Source: Tubulanus polymorphus
Taxonomy: Eukaryota > Animalia > Nemertea
Reading direction: 5' to 3'
Assembly: GCF_964204645.1 (NCBI RefSeq)
Contig: NC_134029.1
Coordinates: forward strand, 16,548,950 to 16,612,949
Length of the DNA: 64,000 nt
Below are positions 10,907-23,200 of this stretch, one piece after another. The position numbers and the translations under genes were made by a program. How positions within the stretch are numbered: the first letter of the stretch is position 1; every line of letters begins with the position of its first letter. Under the pieces are notes generated by a model. The model did not search any database. It was not told the DNA's origin and saw only the letters and a list, made by a program, of their open reading frames with translations.

Positions 10907-13376
10907 AGAGTCGTAATGTGTTTTGCAATACCATTAGCTGTGGTACTTCCTTCTAATGCAGGCAGTTTGTCACATAAGACTGATGGTAAGTTGGGATTAC
11001 AGCCGAAAACTAGTTGATGTGCACTATACCCATGAATATTACTGAGTGTATTCTTCGCCATTAGAGCCCAAGCTAAAGCTGTCTCCCAGTCGCAATCTCT
11101 ATCGTCCTTGATTTTTGTAACAATTTCAGTTAGTGTCCTATTGTGCCTTTCACAAATTCCGTTACTCCACGGACTACAAGCTGCGGTAGTCAATATTTCG
11201 ATGCCAAACTGTCCTCCCATTTCAATCATTTCTTCATTCATAAACTCACCACCATTGTCACTGAACAATCTTTTTGGTGGGCCGAAAACGCTAATCCAGT
11301 GCTTAATGAATTCATCCATAACATCATGCGCTCTTTTAGTCTTTAAAATAGCACCTGCATTTAATCCAGTGCTTAATGAATTCATCCATAACATCATGCG
11401 CTCTTTTAGTCTTTAAAATAGCACCTGCACTGTATCGCGTGTAGAGCTCAATGATATGAAGATACCATAATGATTCTCCTAACTGATGTAGATCTACTGC
11501 AACTGTCTCATTCCAATCTGAGGCCATGGGTAGCGAGACAGTTGGACGACTTAATGTTCTCTTGTACTTTTCACATAAATGACACTGAGTAAGGACTCTT
11601 TCTAGAGCTTGTCGAGTTTCTGCATCACTGATTCCTGCTTTCTCTAGAAGATTTTTCAACTTTTCTAAAGAAGCATGTCCAAATTGACGATGGAGTTTTA
11701 ACATAGCCCTCTCTTTACTCTTCACATCGTCAGCAGTCTGAAGGATCAATACCGCTTCACTACAAAAATCATCGTTATAATATCTATCACTCCAGATATT
11801 AACACAGTAATGTCCCATAGAAGTTTGCTCCAATTTGATATTCCTCCCGAACATATGGACTTCATCATTACCTACATTTATTATGGCATCTGCTTCTTTT
11901 AATGACCCTTTGCTAAGGAGCAAAGGAAGATCTACATCAACGACGTCTGTAGATAAACGGCACGTATGACCATCAAAGTTTGCAGGGATGATAACATTCT
12001 CAGACGAAAGTACTTTCCTACCGTAACCAAAACAGAAAAACCTGTTAGAAGATGTGACGACAATCTTATCCCTTTCGGAAGGTGATAATGAGTCAACATA
12101 ATCATGGAGCCACTTCTTACCGCACACAGTTCTAGTACATCCAGTATCAATAACAGCGGCACCCAGAGCCTCTAGCATGAAAATTGTGTTGTCTTGTCCA
12201 GAGCTCTTGGCGAAAAGGACAACCTAATCACAAACCTCTTCGTGTTGCATAGCATGCATTTCATCTGCCTTATGCGGACAGTTCTTAGCCCAGTGAAAAG
12301 TACTGCCACAAACAGCACATCTAGTTCTTCGTACAGATCTATCTATGGGATTCGTGCCCCTCGGCCCATTCGCGCTAGTTACACTAGAGCGTCTAGTCTG
12401 AAAGCCTGCACGGCCTCGTGAGCCAAATCCAGATCTATGTTGAGCACCACGATTTTCCTGATTTGCATACAATGTATCATGTTCTTCACCTTTGACCTTC
12501 ACATCAGCGTCGAAATTCATCATAATTGTCATCAGTAGACTGTTTGACTTTTGCCTCTTCAAATATCCGCTTGAGAGCAGATTTCATACTTGCTAATGTG
12601 AGGGTAGGTGAAGCTGTGAGAGCAAGCTGCTTCTCTTTTTGTTGTAATCCAGCTCCATCCAAGATTTTAAATGCCAACACAGCTTCCGGTAACTGCATGT
12701 TGCGTTTAACACACCGGTTGTTGAGCCTTTCAAATTCGATTATATAATCATTAATTGACATACCTTCAGTCCGTTCAAATTTCTCAAAAGCTGTGTGTAT
12801 TGAGTATGCAATATCCGTGTCAGCAGTCTTAAAAACCGTATCCAATTTTGTAAGCAAAGATTTCATCCAGCATTAAACGATGCCGTTGACAGCTCAAGAG
12901 CAGCAGCCCTCGCTTGTCCTTGTAATGTCAACGTCACTGCTAAAGCCTGCTTTTTGGCATCTAAATCCGTAACTAGTTTCCATATCTCAATCTCATCTTT
13001 CCACGATTGGTAATCCGTCGCTTTATCCAACAGCAGTGGATTTTTGTAGGTGGACTGGCGGATTTTTTTTTTTTTTAACACAACGCGGCGCCACCGGACG
13101 GTAAAAATGATGGCCACGTGCAACAAATTTTATTTAAACGAACGAACCGATGCAAACCTCAGCTACTCACACAAAACATAGCAACGATCTTTCTTTCGTT
13201 TCCTTTTTGTTTTTTTAACAAAACGATGAATAAAGCCCTTATTCCACTTTCGCACATTGAAACAAACTCCGACGACTTCGACGAATTGCCATCCACAGCC
13301 GCTCGTCTCGATGTCAGCAGCCACAGTAACTCACCGCACTACCAATCAAATTTAGTTGTTTGCTCTGCTACCATTT

Positions 13377-13535
13377 TGATAATCACCTTAATTTCCTGTA
13401 AGGCCTCTTATACGCATTGTAAAAGACTAATTCCTAAACACACATTCCACGCACACACGCAACCGAGCTCGGTATCCCCTCGCTGTACCGTCAATTTTTT
13501 CTAACCCCAAAAAGCCCAAGTCCACATATCTAACA
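13377..13535 (-). repeat. 5' LTR of the copia element (159 bp)
   Basis: TGTTAG...TTATCA on the minus strand, followed by AAA and the PBS TGGTAGCAGAGC. Confidence 0.95.
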
Positions 13536-14016
13536 GAAACAGTCAGAAGTCTGCCAATGCTGCGTGTTTGCAAGGACCGTGTACAGAGTACTCCATTGAA
13601 GCAGCCCGATTCAATACTCATTAGTACATATGATGATAGGGTGATGTCTTCCGAAGGTCATTGATTGCATGTTGCACTTAATGCAATTTTTGATATACTT
13701 ATATCTTAGCTGGAATAAGATCATCTCAAAGTAGACCTGATAGCTTAATCAGTTTCTTAGTACATGCATTACACATGGACCCCTTTGATGTATGTACGCC
13801 CCGCTGGGCATGAATCATAGCACTTTCCCATTCAAGATAACTTGCCCTGCACCTCCTGCCTCCCCGGGTTTCTTTTTACATTTAAATCTGTGATTTGCAT
13901 GAGTTGAATATTTTTTGAATCCAAACTAATTTCATTGCTTTAGATTTTGATAATGTATGAATGTTAAACTGAAAGAAACTGATAGGTCTAACTGATGAAT
14001 TGAGTTTATTTTACAG

Positions 14017-14202
14017 GTATACGCATAATGCAGACAATAAATAGAATGGGCCCTTCAATATCGCGTGCACGGTTACCAACAAATTCTCCTAAAAGTCCCA
14101 CATCCAGCTGGCACCGGCTCTCAAACTCAATACGCAAACAGAGCATAGCAGGGATAGTTAAACGTACGCGTTCTATTGCTATAGATGGAGAGGAAGATTT
14201 CG
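14017..14202 (+). CDS. PHKA: PHKA candidate exon (low-conservation central region, ...[20 protein letters not shown])
   Basis: TTTTACAG acceptor, GTAAAT donor, open frame, phase 1 matching the downstream exon. Confidence 0.65.
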
Positions 14203-17200
14203 GTAAATATAACTCTTTCCACCCTTACTTGTTTAATGGATCATTCCTTTATTCATTTATTATGTATGCACTAAGTCTCAGTAACTTTCTGTTAGCTCTT
14301 GGTGGCACAAATTGTAACAAATGGTTATAAACAGCTGGTATTTTGTCATAAGAAGAGAAATAGGTGTTGGAATTGATATGGCAAATTTTGTCCATCAGCT
14401 CTTGGCCGTTTGGAAGTGCTGGGAGAAAATGTCCAAAATTTCAATTAATTTTTCTCCATTCTACTAATTGATGCTTTACCTTGTTTCATGACATCACAGG
14501 GAAAGCATTTCAGAATGGCATCACTTGGAAATGCTTACTACACAGTGCATCATGATTTCATCTTCATTAGCTGTATATGTTATTGCAAATCCAAGAACAA
14601 ATTGATTTTTCTGCTCAAAAGAAAAATGTACTCAGTTGATCCTACTGGACCCATGGTCCTTAATTAAAATGTTCAGATGTGACATATTTAATCTAGTTCA
14701 ACATTTCATCCTGTATCCTACCCATACAGATATGTACACATTTGAACTGACCCCTTCGTGCATACGTAATAAGGAATGATTACCACGATGATCATCTCCT
14801 GGTTCTTTGGTAGCTGTTACTGTATTACCGTAAGCTGTTATTAGCCCACTTGGGACTTTAGTCCCAGCGGGCTATTGCGTTCACTTTTCGTCCGTCGTCG
14901 GTCCGTTCGTCCGTCCGTAGACGGAATCCAGTTATTTTGGGAAGTTTTGAAGACGCTTCAAGATAATGTCTTGATATTTGGGTTACACATGTATCTACCC
15001 TAGACACATCTTCAGCCCAAAAACTGGCCCTGTCAGATTCAAGATGGCCGACTGGCAGCCATTGTTGTTCGCCAAAATCAGCACTTTTTACACATTTTTG
15101 AACTTTTTGAGGGAAATTTTGAAGACGCTTTGATCAATTACCTTGATCTTTCGGATATATGTGAATTCCCCCAGGGCCCATCAGCATAACAAAAATTGGG
15201 TCGATCGGACTCAAGATGGCCGTCCTATGACCTTTTTAGTGCCCAAAAATGTTGATTTTGGCCCAAATTCTGAGTCCTGTAGCTTCCTACTGGTTTATCA
15301 TTTCTCATTGCAATTTGTGATGGGTATTCTTTGGAAAGGGATGTTTTATACCTGAGACAGGTATTTTTCATCAGCCAATTATGACGCAATTGGCGGCCAT
15401 CTTGGTGTCAGCAGTACTCATTCGTAAGTGGGAAAAAGTTTTTCCACATTATATTGATACCTAAGTGTATTTTGTTACCACAATCATTTTGGAAGTTGTA
15501 GCTCATAACGTGTTCTATGATTATGGTGAGTTTCAAGGTCATTGGTTTTTGTATATGGCCACCAGGGGGCGTTGAAAAATGCAATATCTTAGTATTTCTA
15601 TATTATATTCGTATCAATGCATATTTTGTAACCACAATCAATTGCAAAGTTGTAGCTCATGACATCATCTATGATTGTGGCAAGTTTTAAGGCCATTAGT
15701 TATTCTATATGGTCACCAGGGGGCGTTGAATAGTAGAATAACTTAGTATTTCCTTATTATATTGGTACCTAGGCATATTGTGTTACCATGATCAATTACA
15801 AAAATATAGTTCGTGACATGTTCTATGATTGTGATGAGTTTCAAGGTCATTGGGTTTTGAATATGGTCACCAGGGGGCGTTGAATAGTAGAATAACTTAG
15901 TATTTCCATATTAAAGTGGTAACGAGGCATATTTTGTTATCACAATCAATTACAAAATCGTAGCTGCTGACATGTTCTATGATTGTGGTGAGTTTCAAGG
16001 TCATTGGATTCTGTATATGGTCACCAGGGGGCGTTGAATATTGAAATTGTTAGATTGTTGAGCATTTGGAACCACTTCCCAAGTGGGCATGGTGTCCCTG
16101 GACCCCTAGTTTTTATACTTTTAACACTTTTCTTACTGCGAAGTGCTGCCTCATAACCTGGTCTTGCAAATTGGTTAGAACATGAAATGCAACTTTTTAT
16201 GGTTGCAGTAAAATCCTAAAATAGTTTTTCAATTTTAAATTTGCATTCAACCAAATTCTGGAAAGGCATCTAAACTACATATGTTTCCGATGCAATGGGT
16301 GTTGTTTCTCAAGAACACTATGAATATGACATGAAGCACATTTTTTAAATTATCGCTTCGATATTACTTATTTACATCAACTGATACAGTTACTTTTCAT
16401 ATATAATGAATTTTGTGAGCAGAACGCTTAGAAAAATGCTACAAGTAAATACAATGTTGATGATAAAAAATGTGGGATATGAATGACACAATTGATTTTA
16501 ATTAGGTAATATCAAGGGCTTCCGCATGATTTAGAAATTTAGAATTGATTTTATTTTGTTGTGGTGGATAAATTACATCTATCTATATGAAATACATTAT
16601 TTCAACAATTTCAGAGAATCCATTTACCCCTCGAGAGTTAGGTTTGTTTTAGAATTTATGTGTGTGATGTAGTGACTGTTTGTGCTTGAGTAGAATCTGA
16701 TACATAATGTAGAGTAAATTTATTATAACTTTCTAGTGTAGCTAATTTTTCCATCTACTCCTTAACCACAAGATCCCTCAAAATATTGTTTGATCCACCC
16801 CTCCTCTATTTTCACTCAATTATTGTTGTGAACTTCTTTTTCTGCAGCCACATTTATTCTAGACAGAATTCTAGAAGTGCAAAATTCTAGGGACATGGAT
16901 TGTGAGTAGGCTCATCACAAGGCTGGATCAAATTATACCACTGCTTCAGGCACTAATCAAAGAATTATTAATGGCAGAATGATTATGAGAGAAAACCGCA
17001 ATCAAAAGAAAAACTATGAGAGTTATCTTTATATTTCAATTATTCAGAGATGAGATTACCGCGGAAATCGGTATTGAAAAATTCAATTTTCCAAATAGTC
17101 CAATAATGATGTAAAAGTATAGGGGGGGGGTGATCATGATCTCACTCAACTGGACCGGTGCGATTGGTAATTGGGTTAACCGTAAAAGCGTTCAGCGCCT

Positions 17201-20200
17201 TTTTTACTTACCGTCGCGTATTGCATTTCAATGCATATTCATTCCAACACTGTTTTTGTATCTACTATGATGTATGTATTTCATCGATCGGTTACGGACA
17301 GAAGCGCGCGCGGCAACAGTAGTAATGTATGTAAGCCCAGGGTTCAAATTTCAGAAATTGTCATCCGCAGCAAGTTGCTTTCAGAAATACTGTGGATGGT
17401 GGAAGCGATCCACAGCAAGTCTAGCTCTCACCACAGCAAGTGCCTATCTTGAAAACAATACCTGGTTAATTACGTATTCCATGAACATTGAAAACTATTT
17501 CTATATGAGAGTCAATGTTATTTGGTTACTTGACTTAATTAACCCTTTCAGTGCTGACTAGTTAATACCCTATAGTGCTAGAGATAATTTGAAATTTAAA
17601 AACAATTCCACCCTAGTGTGTTTAATAACGATAATACCACTATAGTGTATCTACACCGCGGCGCGGTGTATCATTAGTTACTAGTATTTCACAATGTTTG
17701 ACAGGTGCTGCCATTTTTCAAGAGAGATAATTACTAATTACTAATTACATCAATACGCCGCAGTGCGGTGTACTAGCAAAATCTATCACTGATTTATACA
17801 CCGCACTGTGGTGAAGACACACTGAAAGGGTTAAACATTTAAATGTACATCAAATCAATTATAATATTGTCAACAATATTTGTAAAAATTAAACACTAAA
17901 AATGAAATCATTTGAGTTGGGTCAGTTCATAATGATATGTGATTGAAATTGAATCATTGATTACTAAATTATTGAAAGAAATTCTAATAATCTATAATTT
18001 CTCAAAAATAGAATATGGCATTGGGCATAACTATTAAATTAAACTACTGGAGGGATGAATATTGGGCGTACATGTGTTGGAAGTTTAAAAATTCAGATCA
18101 AAATTCATGTTAATGACAGTTGTTTTTGTTAGGTGGCAGCACTGTACAGAAATAGTTGTTGGTGCTAGCGCAGGAATTTTGCAAGGTGGCAGCACCGTAC
18201 GGCATACAGTTAAGGCATCAGCCGCTGTAACTTTCTATTTCATGTCAAACTTTTCAGACTTTTTACAGAATTTTGATTATAAAATCTAGTGTCAGTGATT
18301 GAAATTGTCAAAGGCATTTTAAAGAAATTTAATAGACGGCATTTTGAAGCTGTCAGTACAAAGATAGGTCAAAGGCTATGTACCAATACATCATCGGCAA
18401 AAGCTGTCAATTGCCGTTGTGAAATTCGAACCCTGAGGCCTACATACCGTTGCCACGCGCGTACGGGGCGAACTCCTTCAGATATTGTACACTGTGTTGA
18501 TTTTTTTGTGAGCATTCATCGGCGCATTTTAACTGCAATAATTCAGGGCTCAACCCGTAATGCATGAGATGCTGATTGTCATTTTATAGGTCCGCTTTCT
18601 CATATCTGATTATTGCTATGAGCCATTTTCAAAAAAGTTTTGAAAATGGTTTGTCACATACCAGGCAAGCCCTGAGCACAGGCTTTCACTTATACAGTAT
18701 AATGTTCATGCATTTGTGTATATATTTTAAATATTCCAATTCTATTTTTCCAAATTTCCATATGCCAAGAAATTTCTTTTTCCATTTAAACAGTCCCTGT
18801 AAGGTGTACATATTAAGAAACAACGTTTATAAAATGCTAAGATGGAATGTCTTTCAATTTTGGGTTTCTCTCTTGGGTCTATATGAAGATAGATTGTCCC
18901 TTGTTCTAGAAATTACTTATTTAGTTCTGTACTAGGCCATTTATTACATAGATTTTGTATGGCATGCTAATTTCACATTATGCATGCATATCATTAGTAT
19001 ATCAGAGAAATGTTGATTTTTGTGTTGACCTTGAGATTGAATTTATAATTGAATGTTCCTGCTCAAATGTCAGGAGCACTGATGATGGATATCATCATGT
19101 TAGGTATCACTAGTAGGTTCAACATTCACATTGTGCCATTGATAAAATAACAAGGGATTTCCGATAATGCGAAATCAGTGTATTATTATACAGTCCACCT
19201 TCGTAAATCCATCCTTGGTTAAAGCGTATAAGTGCTCAATATAATTCTGACAATTGGGTACCATGTTTAGCCTACTTAAGGAATAGTGCCTATTGCGTTC
19301 ACTTTTTATCTGTCATCCAACTATCCATCTGCCATTCACTCATTCGTTCAGCTGTCCCTCCTTTGTCCACAGAATACAGTTATTTTGGGTGTTTTTAATG
19401 TAGCCCAAAAACTGGTCTGATCAGAATGGCCGACTGGTGGCCATTATTGTTCACCAAAATCAGCGCTTTTATCAATTGCATTGTTGACATCATCGTCTTG
19501 CATGAAGTCATCCTTATGGTCCTGGAGGCCTGACTGGAAATAAGTTGCTCACAAAATGCTGTATATCTATACTCGTCTTTTGTACCATAGACTTTCATTG
19601 TGTCATTTAAAACTGTACCAATACAAGATGGAACATTGAGAAATGATTTCTGTAAAATATTCCAGTTACATATAGGCCCCCAAGTGATAAAACTTTTAAG
19701 TTCACCATTTTTTTGCAAAAATTGCTGGTCTCTACTTAGGGCCGGCATCAAGATCCTGGTGCCCTATAAAGATCTCCTTGCACATCCAATTTCGTTTTGG
19801 TTTTGTCTCCGGATGATGAAAAAAAGATATTTTCAGCATATTTTATGAATGAAAGAGATTTGTCAATGAAAATGTATGGCAAAAATATTCCCCAAAGAGG
19901 ATGCAACCCTTTTTCACAAGGTTCAGACTTAAAAATTTAATCGTGTGACCAGCAGGGACACTGAATAAATGAAAATGTCATTTTCAGGTTAGCATCTAAA
20001 CAAAGCAGATTTGACAATGAACAGGTATTGCAAAAAAGAGAACATACAGCATTTGGCCTGAAATAAGGGAATTGGTGAACTGAATCCGTTTCTATTTTAT
20101 TTCCTGAGGATCAGCAATCATAACATGTCTGCAGATAACGAGAGAAATCCCACAATAAATTCAGCCAAAAATGAAAAGTTCAATATTGAAATGATTATAT

Positions 20201-23200
20201 TGAGCAACATTTCGGCTAAATGCTATTAGCCATCATCTGTATGTCTGATGATGGCTAATAGCAATGTCAATGCAGGACCTCGGTTTAAAAGGTTATTCTG
20301 TGGATTTCTGGGGATATACGTGTACCGCGAGCCCAGCACAAAACTAGTTGTTTATAAACTATATCAAATGTATTGAGATTTTTCGAATGAAATATCACAG
20401 AGCTTTAACAGTTATATAATCTTATTTGTAGCTACACATTACTTGAAAGGAAGTTTGAATCCTGCAGTGAGTGGAGCAGTACCAGTCAGTACTAACAGCC
20501 CTACTATACGTCGCCACACCTCATCTACATCAGATAAAGACGACCGCAGTAAATATGATGGAATTGATTGTCAAGAACTTGTAGACTCGTTAAAAACAAC
20601 TGAAGATTTACAAGAACAGGCGGATATTATATATTACCTTTTCATAACAAAGTAGGTGCTCTTCATAGATCAAGATTGACTTAAACTCCCAAGGCTGGGA
20701 CTAAGACCGTCTCCAAGGAACCTGGCTCATTTTGTGTACAGTCTGCAAATCTTTAAACTTGGTATGAGGAATGGGGTATTTGAGATGTCCATCACCACAA
20801 TTGAAAATGGAGGCCGTCAAACTACTGGCCAGGGTGGCCATCTTGAATTCCATGTGAGCCCAATACAGCCTAGAGTTTTTGATGGATTTTGACAAAACTT
20901 AGGGTAAGATCCCTTTTTCATGCGAATAGTCCCTCCCTATTGAAAATGGAGGTCATCAGCCATCAAATCTGGTGGCCAGGACAGCCATCTTGAATTTCAT
21001 GTTAGCGCAATACAGCCTGCAATATTTGATGGATATCCATGAACATTGATGCGAAAGTAAAGACAGGTTTATCTATTCAAGACATGAACTAACACTCGAC
21101 GAACAATAAAGTAAATTCTGCTTTTTTCTATGAAGAGCAATATGTTAGGCCTACCAGTCTTCAATTACTTGCCCTTTTACTGTTTGCTTACCCTGGGGAT
21201 AGATGCATGGCATTGCAAAATTGTAGTTCCCTTCACTATTGTAATTTATAAATGATATGATTGCGTTACGGTAGAACTCAAACCGTAAACCGCACTTTTT
21301 TACAGGACGAGGTCGATAATTTTAAACAAACAGCACATAATTCTTCAAGATTTTGTCTTTATTACCTGGAAGCTACATCTCAATGCAGTTAATTTGCTAG
21401 AAAGCACATCACATTAATTGCTTGGAACTCACTGCAAAAAGCAGATTTTCAAAATTTCAGAATGCCCTTTTTATTTCAAAATGCCCTTTTTAGCATTGGT
21501 TGACGTCTATGACGTCATGCCAATGCTAGTAAAATGGATCAAAAGTCGTCGACTCTTCTCATTTTCATAGTAACTTCAAATTGTAACTCCGTTCTCGTCA
21601 AACAGTAGACACAGCTGAAAATGACTCAAAATAATGTTTCAATTATACACTACAAGATAGCGTCGCCAGATTTCTGATTTAAAGGCCCAAAAAAATATTC
21701 TATCGCATTTTTCTCGTTAGTTATCTGGTGGATTAGAGGGGGTTAAGCAATCACGTAGTGATATGTCCGCATTGACATTGGCAGTAAACAATGGGGAACG
21801 GCCTCTTCTGCATAGAAAAACAACAAATTATGTACCTCCGATATATGAATATCATAGTGTTTGAATATCACTGTTAATTCCAACTATCAGTAGCCATGGG
21901 ATTAATTGAGATTAATTCTCAGCGTCAGAATAGGTATTTCTAGAGCTGTGGTACGGCAGGCCGACTCGTAACTGAAGTCCGTACAGTTAAGTTATGTGAT
22001 CGGGCGCGAACGCCGTTACTAAAGTTAAAACCATTTCATGATGTCACGAAACATTAAACGGTAAACGGTAGGCTACCACCATGATACAATTTCACCAATA
22101 AGACGAATTATTTTATTCAATTTTACCAGAGTTGTTTATTGGAGGAATATCATTTTTAAGTACGCCGAGAACAACCATGTTGTATCATCAGTTGCCTGAC
22201 AGTTTATTGTGAAATTCCATCTATAAGTTTGTTTATATTCTACAATAAGTTTTCACTTCAAGACGCTCTGCCCGCTTCCTGCACACTCACTCACGAAAAA
22301 GTCTGTATATGTTTTTATTTTTTTACCTTTTGTGGATGGATGGATTCTGACTTTTGAAATTGCGGTCAATCTAATACTGCGTCGCTAGTACATTTGTATA
22401 AAATACACGCGCATCAGCAGTCAGCTGCATGTGTGCGAATATAGGTTAGAGTATATGGCGGTGTGTGTTAGTAATCACCTGAGCGAGTCTATATATAGCA
22501 CAGTGACTCGGCAATGATAGTATACACAGCACTCTCACACATCCACAGGCGCATATTGTCAGCCTCATACATCTTAAATCGAAATTTTTATTTATAATTA
22601 GTATAATATTTTTGACAATATATACACTCATTGATTTAATGGTGAGCCACAGGGCCATTGGACCTTTATTTGGAATTGAATCGAGCGGCCTCGATGGCTC
22701 AGTGAAATAAGGCGTGATGCTGTTGCATCCACTATCAGTGCTGAGTGACAAGTTGGTTCGAGTCCTGCTGACTGCTTACAGTGTGCGGGCAACACTTCAA
22801 AGGCTGTCCCGTCGTGAGGTTAAGTGAACAATCCAATAGGGTTAAAAACCAAGGTCCGAACGACGTAGACAAACAAAAAGACAAACAAGCAATCATCAGC
22901 CTGTCTCAGTAGTGACACCAACGCTGGCATCGCTCTCGCGACGTTTTGATATGTAGGTTTGTCCGGTTGATCTACCTAACAGTTCATTCAAGGAAAACCA
23001 CAGTCAGTCGAGATTACCCTACGTCAAATACGAATCTTGTGTAGGCGAAAGTGCCGAAATCGTTGTATTAAATGGGTTTTTGTATACAAATTTCGATTGA
23101 TATAAATCTCTTGGCTGGGACATGTTGTACATACTATCGAGGACTCCAAAGAATTCCCTAGGTCCGAGAGAAACGACTACGAACGACGAGACTTCCTTAT

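Larger units (their letters stand above)
8619..13060 (-). pseudogene. Fragmented gag-pol of the copia element
   Basis: Consecutive minus-strand ORF pieces from 12863-13126 down to 8619-8849, separated by frameshifts, a 70-bp tandem duplication and a 165-bp insertion. Confidence 0.9.
7081..13535 (-). mobile_element. Ty1/copia LTR retrotransposon, GalEa-like; bounded but decayed
   Basis: LTRs 13377-13535 and 7081-7283 (TG...CA), 5-bp TSD GAAAC (7076-7080, 13536-13540), PBS TGGTAGCAGAGC (tRNA-Met type, 13362-13373) and PPT at 7284-7304. Domain order: gag (CAVCGSTFHWAKNC), PR (IDTGC), IN (HRQFGH..CHLC, SDNGGEF), RT (KARLVARGFEE, DIKSAFLQG, HVDDF), RH (QLADCLTK). Confidence 0.95.

Noticed and set aside
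17050-18600. Assorted ORFs and GGTGGCAGCAC motifs
   Set aside because: No recognisable protein motifs or matched termini apart from the piggyBac MITE; probably old TE fragments that I cannot classify.
22683-22775. Possible tRNA gene
   Set aside because: A-B box spacing is too long, no clean cloverleaf is visible, and it continues into a SINE-like body and tail.
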